This document shows positions 7,752-17,526 of a stretch of DNA of 64,000 nucleotides, piece by piece (the first letter of the stretch is position 1; each line of letters opens with the position of its first letter). The stretch is taken from IMG/VR virus record IMGVR_UViG_2816332575_000002, positions 32,001-96,000 of that record; one strand, written 5' to 3'. Position numbers and translations under genes: made by a program. Origin of the DNA: a virus (lineage: Duplodnaviria; Caudoviricetes). The notes below the pieces were generated by a model. That model ran no database searches, was not told the DNA's origin, and worked only from the letters and a program-made list of their open reading frames with translations.

Positions 7752-9038
7752 TCATGGCGAAAGGGTGACAGCGGCCGTCAGCTCGCGTACTCCGGCCGCG
7801 CGGGGGTGTTGCTGGGCCAGGTCGGTGACGATCTGGCGGATGGCGGGCCGGTCGCGGACTTCGCCGCGCGAGGCCCGTACGGCGTGCAGCAGGGCGTCGG
7901 CGGCCGGTTCGGGCTTGGCCATCTGCCACCACGCGCGCGCGAGGTCGGTGTGCATTCGGGCCTTGCGCTCGGGCGTGGGGAACTGACCCTCGCGCAGGTC
8001 CGTACCGGCTTCCAGGGCAGCGCCGGCGTCGCCCAGTGCCCAGTGGACGCCGACGGCGTACAGGGCGACGGCCGCCGGGGTCAGCGGGAACAGGCGCTCG
8101 GGCGGGGCCTGCTCGGGCAGGAGGCGGCCAGCACGCTGGGCTTCGCCGATCGCGGCCAGGGCCTGACCGCGGTCTCCTGCGCGGGCCGCGCTGTACGCCT
8201 GGGTGCAGAGCATCTGGGCGTACGCGGAGGTCTGAGGGCTGTTGGTGAGTCCGGTCGCTTCGACCTGGGCCGCGGCCTGGAGGATCAGGCGTTGGGCGGC
8301 GGCGGGCTGGTCCTGGTGACGCAGGACGATGCTCATCTCGCGCGCGGCGGCCGCGGCGGCGAGCGGAGAGCCGGACAGGTCCGCGTAAACGGTGGCGCGG
8401 TCGGCGGCCTGCCGGGACTGCTCGTAGCGGCCGATTTTCGTGAGGACTTGGGAGAGCAGGCTGTACGTGGTCGACAGGCGGGCCAGGGCCAGTTCCTGCC
8501 GGGAGCGGGCTGCCACGTGCGCGTCACCCAGCAGGCCGGGCAGCACCTCTAGGAGCCGGGCGTGCTGGCCGGCGTCGAACAGGCCGCGGGCGAGGCTCAG
8601 GCGCTGGTCGAGGGGGGCTGCGGAGCCGCTGGGATCGGGGACGCCCGCCAGCGCGGCATCGACGCCGATCAGGAACTGCGCGGGGGCCGCGAGTCCGGCG
8701 GCGGCGAGCAGGGTACGGCGGCGCATCGGGTCCTCCTCGACTCGTGGACCATCGAGCGCCACCCTAGTGGCCGGTGAGCCGCCGAGGGCGAGCGACGCCG
8801 TCAGAACATCCGTCGGGATACCCACCTCTTCGGCGGCGCGTCGCAGCAGACACAGGTCGGAGGGGCAGCGGCGGGCTTCGAGCCGGGAGACCGTGGAGGG
8901 CGAGCACCCCAGGCGCCCGCCAAGGTCCTCCTGGCGCCACCCCCGGGCGGTGCGTCCGATCTTGACGAGCCCGCCGGCGTGCCGGGCGGCGACGAGGGAG
9001 CGGACCTTGTCGGAGCACCACAGGGTGTCACCGGACAT
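7752..9038 (-). CDS. XRE-family HTH regulator with C-terminal TPR-like helical domain
   Basis: 'RTARGWRQEDLGGRLGCSPSTVSRLE' HTH, 'EEDPMRRRTLL' linker; GGGAGG RBS. Confidence 0.85.
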   Translation of the reverse strand: MSGDTLWCSDKVRSLVAARHAGGLVKIGRTARGWRQEDLGGRLGCSPSTVSRLEARRCPSDLCLLRRAAEEVGIPTDVLTASLALGGSPATRVALDGPRVEEDPMRRRTLLAAAGLAAPAQFLIGVDAALAGVPDPSGSAAPLDQRLSLARGLFDAGQHARLLEVLPGLLGDAHVAARSRQELALARLSTTYSLLSQVLTKIGRYEQSRQAADRATVYADLSGSPLAAAAAAREMSIVLRHQDQPAAAQRLILQAAAQVEATGLTNSPQTSAYAQMLCTQAYSAARAGDRGQALAAIGEAQRAGRLLPEQAPPERLFPLTPAAVALYAVGVHWALGDAGAALEAGTDLREGQFPTPERKARMHTDLARAWWQMAKPEPAADALLHAVRASRGEVRDRPAIRQIVTDLAQQHPRAAGVRELTAAVTLSP

Positions 9039-9104
9039 AGCGCCTCCCGTACGCCAGGGGCCGGGGCCCGTTCCACGGTAGTGACTTTCCGTGTGCGCGT
9101 CGAT

Positions 9105-9143
9105 GCCGTGTGCAGCATCTGCAAACGGCGTGCACAGCGCGCA
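9105..9143. promoter_or_regulatory. Phased TGCA repeats / imperfect palindrome in a divergent promoter region
   Basis: TGCA at 9111, 9120, 9131 and CGCA at 9140; GCCGTGTGCAG-CAT-CTGCAAACGGC. Confidence 0.45.
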
Positions 9144-9230
9144 AGTTGACCTCCGGCCCGGCCCGCCCGGTGGTGTCGTGGTCGTACGGCCCACGGCGGG
9201 CCGGACAGTCGCAGCACGCGGGAGGACACG

Positions 9231-9677
9231 ATGGTGACAGCGATCGAGACCAAGACGCAGGTCCGCGATCCGCGGGACTACGTGACGCGCGAGGTGTGGG
9301 ACCGGGAGATCCAGCTGCTGATGCGGGATCACCCGGTGGACGAGGTGATGGCCAACCGGCTGTTCGGGGCCGCGGTCTCGTACCTGATCACCGCGATGGA
9401 GAAGTGGGGCCAGCACCTGGAGCTGTGCTGCGGCCGCCTCGTCGACCTGGCGGTCCACGTGTTCATCCTGGACACGAAGAACTACCGCGAGTTCTGCCAC
9501 CGGCACTTCGGCGGCCGGTTCCTGGAACACATCCCGGAGATTGCGTTCAAGTACGACGGCAGTGTGGAGCGCACCGCCAAGGTGATCGCCGCCGCGGGCT
9601 TCGAGGTGGACTGGAAGCTGTGGGAGCGCGACTACGCGGCGTGCGGCCCGTGCCGCCCTGGGGAGGAGTGCCACTGA
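9231..9677 (+). CDS. Actinobacterial 'glycine-rich domain-containing'-like hypothetical protein
   Basis: 'VDLAVHVFILDTKNYREFC..FGGRFLEHIP' motif; GGAGG RBS. Confidence 0.65.
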   Translation: MVTAIETKTQVRDPRDYVTREVWDREIQLLMRDHPVDEVMANRLFGAAVSYLITAMEKWGQHLELCCGRLVDLAVHVFILDTKNYREFCHRHFGGRFLEHIPEIAFKYDGSVERTAKVIAAAGFEVDWKLWERDYAACGPCRPGEECH

Positions 9678-9819
9678 CCGCCTGCACACCCTCGGCCCCG
9701 GGAGCGCTTGACGGTGTTCCTGGGGCCGAGGGCTGCTCGGGTGACTTCGCGGCAAACCGCCGCAGACGGCCGGGCGGGCCGGTACGGTGCCAGGTCCCGC
9801 CGTCCTCCCGAGGAGACGT

Positions 9820-10488
9820 ATGCCCCGCGCGCCACAGACCCCGGCCGAATACTGGGACAAGTACAAGCCGCACCGGGGCGCCGGCCCGCAGCCTCGGCCC
9901 GAGACCGGCCGGTTCGAGTGGACCCAGTACCTTGGCCACGGCCCCGGGGCCGAACTCCTCGGCTCCCCCCACCGTGCCCTGGACCTCGGGGCGGCCGAGG
10001 GCAAGGAGGCCGCGCACCTTGCCGAGCGCGGCGTCCGGGTGACCGGCGTGGACCTCTCCGCCGTCCAGGTCACCCGCGCCCGCGCCTGGTGGCACGACAT
10101 CGCGAACCTGGACTTCGTCCACGCCGAGGTGTGCGCCTACCTCTCCGACACCGAGGAGACATACGACGCGATCTACTCGGTGTGGGGCGCGGTCTGGTTC
10201 ACCGACCCCGAGCAGCTCCTCCCACTCATCGCCGCCCGCCTGGCCCCGGGCGGCACGTTCGTGTTCTCCCAGGCCGAGCCGTCACCAGACGCCTACGGTC
10301 CGCAGGCCATGCGGGGCAAGTGGCTGGAAGGCCGCGAGCGCGAGCTGACCGTACCGCGGTGGCAGTACCCGCCCGAGACCTGGGCCGACCACCTCAAGCG
10401 AGCTGGCTTCGCCCACGTGAACGCGCGCGTCCTGCCAGCACCGAACGACGAACGGTTGGGCACGCTGCTGGTCGTCTCTCACCGTTAA
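9820..10488 (+). CDS. Class I SAM-dependent methyltransferase
   Basis: 'ALDLGAAEG', 'VTGVDLS', 'YDAIYS', 'LAPGGTFVFS'; AGGAG RBS. Confidence 0.85.
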   Translation: MPRAPQTPAEYWDKYKPHRGAGPQPRPETGRFEWTQYLGHGPGAELLGSPHRALDLGAAEGKEAAHLAERGVRVTGVDLSAVQVTRARAWWHDIANLDFVHAEVCAYLSDTEETYDAIYSVWGAVWFTDPEQLLPLIAARLAPGGTFVFSQAEPSPDAYGPQAMRGKWLEGRERELTVPRWQYPPETWADHLKRAGFAHVNARVLPAPNDERLGTLLVVSHR

Positions 10489-10551
10489 CTCGGCGGCAAG
10501 TCCTGTAGGAGTGCGGGGCTAATGCCAACGGTCCTCATCGCGAGGATCGGA

Positions 10552-11391
10552 CTATGCCTTCTTTTTGAGGTGGGCGAGAACAGAATCGGGCGACTGATCA
10601 TGTTGGTCCTTGTCCTGTTCCCAGAGGTGCATGACCGACGCTGCGGCTTCTGCGAAGTCCGTGGGCAACCCTGCCTCGCGCAGCGACTCGGCGACCTCTT
10701 TCATCTCGGGCCCCCAGCGCCAGGCACGCGCGGCGACGCTGGGCAGGTAGTCCCGGCCCGAGAGGATGTCGGTCGGCATGATCCGTGCCTCGGCGGTAAG
10801 AAGGTCGCCGACCCCGTGTTCCTCAGCGAGTGCGTGAGCGACTCCGGCCAAGGTGCGGGCCGCCTTCTGGAAGCTGGCGAAACTCATCTTCAGCGCCGAG
10901 GCACTGCCGAGTGGGCCGCTCGTGGTCTTCGTGTGAACGGCAGTTCTCTCGAACAGCGACTCGGCCAGGTCGATCGCCGGCTGCGGTCCGGCCAGGTAGA
11001 GGCGCGCTGTCCGGCCCTCACTGTTGGGCGGCGGGCCGATGATCGCACCGTCCAGCACCGTGCAGGTTGCGGGGAGAGCCTGGGCGATCTGCATCATGCG
11101 TTGCGGGCTGATCGCGTTGGCGTCCAGGTACACGCCGGAGTACGCGTGCTTCGCCGCCGCGGCGGCGACCTCGTCGGCGACTTGCGGAGGGCACACCGAG
11201 AGCACCATCTCGCTCGCGGCCAGAGCGTCACCGAGGGAAGACGCGAGGGTGAGGCCGGCTGCCTCGGCGCGTTGGCGTGAACGCTCGCTTCGGCCATGCG
11301 GTACCCAGAGCACCCGGTGGCCGGCTCCTACGGCTTGGGCCGCCAGGGCGCTGCCCATGGAACCGGGACTGAGCAGGGTGATGGTGAGCAC
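10552..11391 (-). CDS. NAD(P)-dependent oxidoreductase (3-hydroxyisobutyrate/6PGD-like, DUF1932 C-terminus)
   Basis: 'SPGSMGSALA', 'YLDANAISP', 'DGAIIGPPP', 'ASALKM', 'RAWRWGPEMKE'. Confidence 0.85.
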   Translation of the reverse strand: MLTITLLSPGSMGSALAAQAVGAGHRVLWVPHGRSERSRQRAEAAGLTLASSLGDALAASEMVLSVCPPQVADEVAAAAAKHAYSGVYLDANAISPQRMMQIAQALPATCTVLDGAIIGPPPNSEGRTARLYLAGPQPAIDLAESLFERTAVHTKTTSGPLGSASALKMSFASFQKAARTLAGVAHALAEEHGVGDLLTAEARIMPTDILSGRDYLPSVAARAWRWGPEMKEVAESLREAGLPTDFAEAAASVMHLWEQDKDQHDQSPDSVLAHLKKKA

Positions 11392-12767
11392 TATTTGCCT
11401 CCGGAGGGGAGTTCGAGCCTCAGTCGCTCTTGGTGGGCGCTGACCGCCTCCTGGAGGCTGATAGCCACCGGTGACGTGGAGCTGGGGTGTCGGTCAAGAA
11501 TTCTCGTGAAGTGCTCCAGGCGTTTCCGGACGCTGTCCGTACCTCGGCGGGCGCTGACCTGGAGCACGGCGTGCACCTGGGGAGCGGCCCCGTCGAGGTC
11601 GCCACGGCCAAGCCGTGCCACGGCCAGGTCCATGCGAGCGAGGGCCATCTCGCCGAGGCGCCGTTGGCCGGGGGGCACGGATTCGAACCTGTTCACGGCC
11701 TCGTCCGCAGCAGCTTCAGCGTCGCTCAGGTGTTCACTGCCGCCGAGCCAGAGGTGGGTCGTGCTCGTGTAGAACATTTGCTTTTCGATGGGGAACGCCA
11801 TCATTCCGCCCGGCAGGTCATCAGCTGCTGTGAGCTGGTCCCGTAGGCGTTCGGCTTCGCGGAGCGAGGCGAGAGCATCGGCGGGCTGGTTGAGCTGGCC
11901 GTACGCGCGGGCTTTGATGCTGTGGAGGCGAATGAGGGAAGTGCCCTGTTCAGGGACGAATTCGGCGCCGCCCTCGGCCAGCCGGACCGCGTCCATGGGC
12001 CGCCCGTCCCAGTAGGCGATCAGCGCTTGCAGGCCCCGGACCCAGACCCGCAGACCGTTGTGCCGGGCCAGCTCGCCGCACATGAAGGCGGTACGCGCCT
12101 GCGTTTCTGCCGCCGGAAATTTGCCCAGGTCGAAGCTGGCATTCGCCAGTACACCGCACAGCACGCCGGCCGCAACGTACAAGTCGTGCGTCATGCCTGG
12201 TGGCTGCCGCCCCTCCAGCAGCTCGAAGGCTCGGTCTCGGAGCGCTCGAACTTCGTGGAAGACCGGCCATACGGGCCGGTTCGGGTAAGTCGTCACTATC
12301 CGGCGGATGTCGGCCTCCAACTGTTCCATCGTCGTGGGACCGCAGTTGCTGCTCTCCGCCCACGCCGCGAAGTCGGCTGATTCGCTCGCCGCTGCCATCA
12401 CCACGTCCTCAGATAGGTCCCCATTCCCGCCGTTCGCCTGCGGTTCCCATTCTGGCGAGCTGGTGCCGATGGGAGCGGTCGGGGGGGTGCTCGGTGCAGG
12501 AGCGAAGAGGGTTTGAACCGAGGAAGGGCAGAACATCGCCTCCAAGATGCGGCGAGCCTCGTTGCGGGGAAGCCCCTTCATCTCGCCGTGAGCCCATCGC
12601 AGGAACTGCCGCTTCTCGATCGTCGCCGTTGCCAGCCCAGCAGGCCCTTCCGTGTCGGCGAGCTGCTGCGCTGTGGCCCGGTAGCGGTCACGGAACACCT
12701 CGTACTTCGTCCACTTGCGGTGCTGGATGAGCAACTGAAACAGGGTGATTGGACTCATCGGTGCCAC
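11391..12767 (-). CDS. XRE-like regulator with TPR-like C-terminal domain
   Basis: N-terminal 'RQFLRWAHG..LPR..ARRILEAMF' plus long helical repeat region; divergent from an HATPase gene. Confidence 0.75.
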   Translation of the reverse strand: MAPMSPITLFQLLIQHRKWTKYEVFRDRYRATAQQLADTEGPAGLATATIEKRQFLRWAHGEMKGLPRNEARRILEAMFCPSSVQTLFAPAPSTPPTAPIGTSSPEWEPQANGGNGDLSEDVVMAAASESADFAAWAESSNCGPTTMEQLEADIRRIVTTYPNRPVWPVFHEVRALRDRAFELLEGRQPPGMTHDLYVAAGVLCGVLANASFDLGKFPAAETQARTAFMCGELARHNGLRVWVRGLQALIAYWDGRPMDAVRLAEGGAEFVPEQGTSLIRLHSIKARAYGQLNQPADALASLREAERLRDQLTAADDLPGGMMAFPIEKQMFYTSTTHLWLGGSEHLSDAEAAADEAVNRFESVPPGQRRLGEMALARMDLAVARLGRGDLDGAAPQVHAVLQVSARRGTDSVRKRLEHFTRILDRHPSSTSPVAISLQEAVSAHQERLRLELPSGGK

Positions 12768-12842
12768 GACTCCCTTTGGTCCTCGTCTGCGGTGCCACCC
12801 ACGCTAAGGCGCTAACGCGGCGTGCGAACAGCGTTGTTGGCG

Positions 12843-12917
12843 CCAGTGCCCTAACAAGGGAAGAGAAGACATCAACAAGACATCACAAGGCAGTAGAAGA
12901 CATCGTTAGGGCACTGG
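12843..12917. promoter_or_regulatory. Operator-like element: 13-bp inverted repeat enclosing phased AAGACATC repeats
   Basis: CCAGTGCCCTAAC / GTTAGGGCACTGG; AAGACATC at 12866, 12877, 12897. Confidence 0.65.
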
Positions 12918-13035
12918 TTAAGACACATCTGCCCGTCCAAACTGCGGCCTCAGCGCCACCGGAAACTGTCGGCGCGTCGCTTCCTCCACCCACCCGCTGC
13001 CGTGGCTGACACCGTCAGATTCTGGAGACCAGCAG

Positions 13036-13554
13036 ATGACCAGCGCCCACAGAGACCAGCAACCGTCCAGCCTCCTGCCGCTTACGGTGGCCGAGCGGGG
13101 CCTGTACACCCCCTGCACCAGGCTGCTCGTACGGCCGCTGTCCGGGGATGGCAAGGGACTGTCCCTGGACGAGCTCAGGGTGTGTGGCCGGGCGAGCGCG
13201 GAGGATGTCTGCCCGTACGTGCACGAGTACGGCGACGCGGCAGAACTGGTCACCTCGGAGCTGGTCACCAACGCCCTGACGCACGGGGCCAGAGGCGACG
13301 AGCCGGTGTACGTTGAGTTCCCCTCGTCTCCGTGGTCGTGGAAAATCCGGGTGCTGGACCCGTCCCCGGAGCCGCCCCGGGAAGTCGTTGCGTACGACGA
13401 CGACACGAGCGGGCGTGGCCTGTTCCTCGTGCACTTCTTCGCTGGCCAGTACGACGGTCACCTGGACGTGGAGATCACCGGTGCTGGCAAGGCCGTCACC
13501 TGCACGCTCCCCATCCCCGCACCCAACCGCGTCGCCGATGAGGTGAGCGCGTGA
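13036..13554 (+). CDS. HATPase_c ATP-binding protein (RsbW/AbaA-like)
   Basis: 'AELVTSELVTNALTHG', 'SGRGLFLV', 'GKAV'. Confidence 0.88.
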   Translation: MTSAHRDQQPSSLLPLTVAERGLYTPCTRLLVRPLSGDGKGLSLDELRVCGRASAEDVCPYVHEYGDAAELVTSELVTNALTHGARGDEPVYVEFPSSPWSWKIRVLDPSPEPPREVVAYDDDTSGRGLFLVHFFAGQYDGHLDVEITGAGKAVTCTLPIPAPNRVADEVSA

Positions 13555-14087
13555 TGCTCGGCTTCACCTGGGGGCGCCCCTCAAGGGCTTCTCGCCGGGC
13601 TCGGCCCGCGGCCGAGGACCCGAACCGTACGGCGCCGCCGCCTGAGGCCCCGCCGGTGCAGGTCAGCGGGCGTGGCGTCAGCGTCGAGTGGGGCGAGCCG
13701 CTGGAGCTGCCCGATGGGGAGCGTCTGCTGACGTGGTGGGTGGGGTACGCGCAGTCGGCCTGCGGGTGGCCGGAGAGCTACCTGGACCGTGACGACGGCA
13801 AGGCGCAGCACGTGACGCACGCCGTGGACTGGCTGTACCAGTCGCTGCGTCGGCTCGACGTGTCCGGCGAGCATCCGCTGCACCTGGAGCTGGAGCACTT
13901 ACGGCAGGCCCGTACCCGGCAGCAGTACGCCGAGCACCTGTCCGGCCGGCGCTCGTCCCTGACCATCAGCGTCGCCACCGGCGACGAGTACCACGTGTTC
14001 ACGGTGCGGTGCCGCGCCGTCGCCCTCCCGGCCTCCGTCCCGAGCGCTGACACGCCCGAGGCTGTGCTCGTCGGAGGTGCGGTGTGA
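13551..14087 (+). CDS. Hypothetical protein (contains a TTA codon at 13899)
   Basis: GTGA-coupled to the previous gene. Confidence 0.65.
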   Translation: MMLGFTWGRPSRASRRARPAAEDPNRTAPPPEAPPVQVSGRGVSVEWGEPLELPDGERLLTWWVGYAQSACGWPESYLDRDDGKAQHVTHAVDWLYQSLRRLDVSGEHPLHLELEHLRQARTRQQYAEHLSGRRSSLTISVATGDEYHVFTVRCRAVALPASVPSADTPEAVLVGGAV

Positions 14088-14536
14088 GGGGGCCGGAGGC
14101 GATTCGGCGCGGGCTGTGCTGGCTGGCCTGCAAACCGTCGAGCCCGCGTCCGCTGGTGTGGGCCGGAGTCGCCCGGTCCTGGGGCCAGACCGTGTCGCTG
14201 TACTCGTGCGAGCCGTGCCTGCGGCTGTGCATCCAGCGCGCCCTGGCGGGTGTCAGCGACGAACTGTGCTGGCTGTGGTGCGGCCGGCGCGACGTGCCCA
14301 CCGATCCGGTCGGCGTGTTCGAGGTCGCGGTGCGGACCTGGCGCACCGTGCCCGGCCGGCCGCCGGTTCTGGTCTCGTGCTGGGAGTACCGGGCCACCCT
14401 GTACGGCTGCGCGATGTGCACCACCCCGTTCCAGCGTTTCGTCCGCAAGGGCCCGGTGGTGGAGCAACCGCCCGACGCCCTGGGTCCTCACCGCCCCCTC
14501 ATCTCCCTCTCCGCCCTCGCGGCTGACGCCGCCTGA
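14084..14536 (+). CDS. Cys-rich hypothetical protein with two repeated CWLxC..CxxC units
   Basis: GTGA coupling; 'LCWLAC..LYSCEPC' and 'LCWLWC..LYGCAMC'. Confidence 0.55.
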   Translation: MRGPEAIRRGLCWLACKPSSPRPLVWAGVARSWGQTVSLYSCEPCLRLCIQRALAGVSDELCWLWCGRRDVPTDPVGVFEVAVRTWRTVPGRPPVLVSCWEYRATLYGCAMCTTPFQRFVRKGPVVEQPPDALGPHRPLISLSALAADAA

Positions 14537-14552
14537 CCTCTTGGAGATCCCT

Positions 14553-15041
14553 GTGGCTCCCCCCGCCACCTCTCTTCCCGCATCGCTGACCGTCTGTTCG
14601 GCTCTGGTCGTGAGCCGCACGCCGGACGGCACCCGGACCGCCCTGCTGGTGCGCACGCGGGACATGCCGAAGGGCCTGTACCGGCTGCCCGTCGGCCAGC
14701 CGAACCGCCACGGCATCGTCGATCATTTCGACCTGCGCGACGCCGTACGGTCCGGGACCGGACTGGGCGTCATCGTCGGCCGGGTGCTGGTCAGGGACCA
14801 GGTCTCGGGTGCCACCGGCGTCGTCCATCACTACGCGCGGCTGTGCTCGATCGACGGCGAGAACCAGACGGTCCGCCTCGGCGGCGCCCTGGCCGACTAC
14901 CTGTGGGCCACCGAGGACGACTTGGTCCTGTGCGGGCCCGATCTGTCCCCGGTCGTCAAGGCGGCCCTGCGGGCCCTGAGCGAGGGCACCCGCGCCGAGC
15001 TTGCCGACGGCCAGCCTGCCGGCGCCTGCACGGGGGTGTGA
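14553..15041 (+). CDS. Degenerate NUDIX-like protein
   Basis: GGAG RBS; 'LLVR..YRLPVG..AVRSGTGL' follows the Nudix layout but lacks the REE glutamates. Confidence 0.45.
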   Translation: MAPPATSLPASLTVCSALVVSRTPDGTRTALLVRTRDMPKGLYRLPVGQPNRHGIVDHFDLRDAVRSGTGLGVIVGRVLVRDQVSGATGVVHHYARLCSIDGENQTVRLGGALADYLWATEDDLVLCGPDLSPVVKAALRALSEGTRAELADGQPAGACTGV

Positions 15042-15658
15042 CGGTGTCCGACCTCCTCACCCTCCCCCAAGCGTGCAAGGCCGATGCCGCACCGCCACGC
15101 TACGTCGCCCGGCCCGCCGAGCGGGAAGCCGACGCGCAGAACATGATCCACCTCATCCAGGCCCACCGCGCATGGCGGGACCAGCACGGCGCCGCCGTGA
15201 ACGAGCCGCCGGTGCCCGCAGTGCTGGGCCTGGTCGGCGAGATCGACCAGTTGGGGCACCCGATGTCGTGGGTGCTGTACGCGGGGGACCGGCTGCGGGC
15301 GTGCTATTTGCTGGCGGTCGACTGCGACCAGCGCAGGGTGCAGGCCGCCGACATCCACGTCAACCCCGACGCATCCCGGACGGGCGTCGGCCAGCCCGCG
15401 GCGAGGCTCGGCCTCACCCCCAGCACCCCGGTGATCGAGGTGCTGCTTACCTACTGGCTGGTGCACTACGCATTCGACGGCGGCGCGCGCGAAGCAGTCG
15501 TCACGATCGGCGACCGCAGCGAACCCTTTCCCCCCGCGCGCATCGCCTGGATGGACCAGACGGTGGACACCCGGATACCCGACGACGCGCACCTGGCCCG
15601 CTGCTGGGACCGGCAGCCCCGCCCGCGCGCCTCGCCAGAGTTTCCCCCGCCGGGCTGA
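15038..15658 (+). CDS. Hypothetical protein
   Basis: GTGA coupling, GC-rich third positions. Confidence 0.5.
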   Translation: MTVSDLLTLPQACKADAAPPRYVARPAEREADAQNMIHLIQAHRAWRDQHGAAVNEPPVPAVLGLVGEIDQLGHPMSWVLYAGDRLRACYLLAVDCDQRRVQAADIHVNPDASRTGVGQPAARLGLTPSTPVIEVLLTYWLVHYAFDGGAREAVVTIGDRSEPFPPARIAWMDQTVDTRIPDDAHLARCWDRQPRPRASPEFPPPG

Positions 15659-16217
15659 GACCGCAGTCCCGGGGGAAGGCGCGGGCCCCGTGACCCGCGC
15701 CGGGTACGGCCGGCCGGGACCGGCCGTACCCACCGCCTTCCCTGCCATCGTGCCGCTCCCGCCCTTTCTCCTGCGGGGTGGAACGGCGCGGCGGGGAAGG
15801 CGCCGTGCGGCTGCTCTTCTCCGAGCGGAGTTCCGTGAGCAGCCGGGCCGACCGAGGGGGCGGCCTGTCGGCTCGCCGGGCGTTGGGCCTCACCCGGCGA
15901 GCCGCCACGGTGCCCCCGCACGCCATGCCCGTACAAGCCCTCCCGGCGGGGCGCTGGTTACCGAGTTGTCCAGCGCCCCGCCGGGAGATGCGGTGCCACG
16001 GCACCGCAACCGCGCGGCTCCTCCAGGGGCTGGTCCCCCTTGGAAGTCGGAGCCAGCCCGCACTCCAGCGGCCAGCAAAAGGGGCGGGTGCGCGGGGCCG
16101 CCGGGCCCGTCCCGTGGAGCCCGGCGGCCACACAATCCACTCCGGCCGTGGAGACAGCGGGTCCTGCGGCCGGAGTGCACGACCGATCCACGTCCGAAGT
16201 CCAACGCAGGCAGAGAG

Positions 16218-16907
16218 ATGCTCACCAACACCACCGCCTCACCCCGTCTTCCTGGACACCGCGTGCACCAGGAGCCACGAGAGAAATCCGTCGTCCCGTA
16301 CATCGCGCTGCGCGTCGGTGAAAGCCCGGTCGCCAAGCAATTGGACCTGGAACTGCGCGGCGGCCCCGGCACGTGGGGGCTGGCCTACGCCGATGAGGTC
16401 CCCGACGACCGCGACAGCCACGATGTCCTGTGGCAGCGCTATCACGAGACCCGCGACTGTGCGGGCAGGGTGACCGGCGCCCCGGTGGCCGGACGAGTGC
16501 ACCCCGGCCGGCTCCGGGAGACGGTGAGCCGCCTTACCTGCCCGGTTTGCAACCACCCCGCCGACAAGACCGACGACGGTTACCTCTTCCTGGTGCCGCG
16601 CGCCAAGAGCCGCATCGAAGCACCGCTGACCACGTGGCCCCCGGTGTGCCGGGAACACGCCACCGTCCACGCCCGCGACCGCCCCGACCTGCGGGACGGG
16701 TACACCGCGATTCGGTCGGCCGACCCCACTCTGCACGGCGTGCGTGGACGCCAGTACCGCCGCGCCGGCACCGCCTTCGAGGTCGCCAGGCGCGATGCCC
16801 GCATGCCCTACGGGCACGCCCAACAGCGCTGGATCGTCGCTTATCGGCTCGTCCGCAGGCTGACACACCCGACCGTCGCGATCGAGGCCGCCGACGCCGC
16901 CCGGTGA
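16218..16907 (+). CDS. Streptomyces hypothetical protein with CxVC..PPxC motifs (paralog of 18746-19417)
   Basis: 'VPYIA', 'DRDSHDVLWQR', 'CPVCNHPADKTDDGYLFL', 'PPVC'. Confidence 0.7.
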   Translation: MLTNTTASPRLPGHRVHQEPREKSVVPYIALRVGESPVAKQLDLELRGGPGTWGLAYADEVPDDRDSHDVLWQRYHETRDCAGRVTGAPVAGRVHPGRLRETVSRLTCPVCNHPADKTDDGYLFLVPRAKSRIEAPLTTWPPVCREHATVHARDRPDLRDGYTAIRSADPTLHGVRGRQYRRAGTAFEVARRDARMPYGHAQQRWIVAYRLVRRLTHPTVAIEAADAAR

Positions 16908-16967
16908 CCCGCGCCGCACGGCAGCGGCCTCACCGCCCTTCCGACCACAGCCTCCAAGGAGTGCTTC

Positions 16968-17396
16968 GTGCCCCTTCGCACCCGGTATGACCAGTTGACG
17001 GCCACTGAGGCCCGGTGTCTGACCTACCTCGCCGACGGTCTGAGCACGACCGACACGGCCGACAAGATGGGCACCAAGCCCCAAACGGTCCAAAGTCACC
17101 TGCGGCGCATTCGCATCAAGTTGGGGGACGGTCCGCGCGCGTTCGTGCTGCATCGCGCCTACGTCAAACGCCAACTCCCGCTTCCTTTGGCCGCCAAGGC
17201 GCCGGTCCGCTTCACCCACGAAGACCTGCGGATATGGAACCTGGTCGCCACCGGCAAGGTCCCTGCGGGGGCAGCCGGGACCACCACCCGGACCGCCATC
17301 AAAGCGCTCATGCAGAAGGCGGGAGCCGAGACCGAAACGCACCTGATCCAGCTCGGCCACACCTACCGGCTGCTGACCGGGCCCGAAGAGACCTGA
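16968..17396 (+). CDS. LuxR-type HTH regulator
   Basis: 'LTATEARCLTYLADGLS..ADKMG..TVQSHLRRIRIKLG'; AAGGAG RBS. Confidence 0.8.
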   Translation: MPLRTRYDQLTATEARCLTYLADGLSTTDTADKMGTKPQTVQSHLRRIRIKLGDGPRAFVLHRAYVKRQLPLPLAAKAPVRFTHEDLRIWNLVATGKVPAGAAGTTTRTAIKALMQKAGAETETHLIQLGHTYRLLTGPEET

Positions 17397-17526
17397 GCCA
17401 CCGGACACGTATCCAGCCCTGACCAGGCCGAGAGGCCCATGAGCAACACGCCAACCGCGCGGGCCCCGCCAGCCATCCCGCTCACACCGGCCACCGTCGA
17501 CCCTCCCGTCCCGTAGAGAGAACCGG

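Noticed and set aside
7752-10100. 782-aa minus-strand ORF
   Set aside because: Only 7752-9038 is credible; the upstream part is antisense to two real + strand genes
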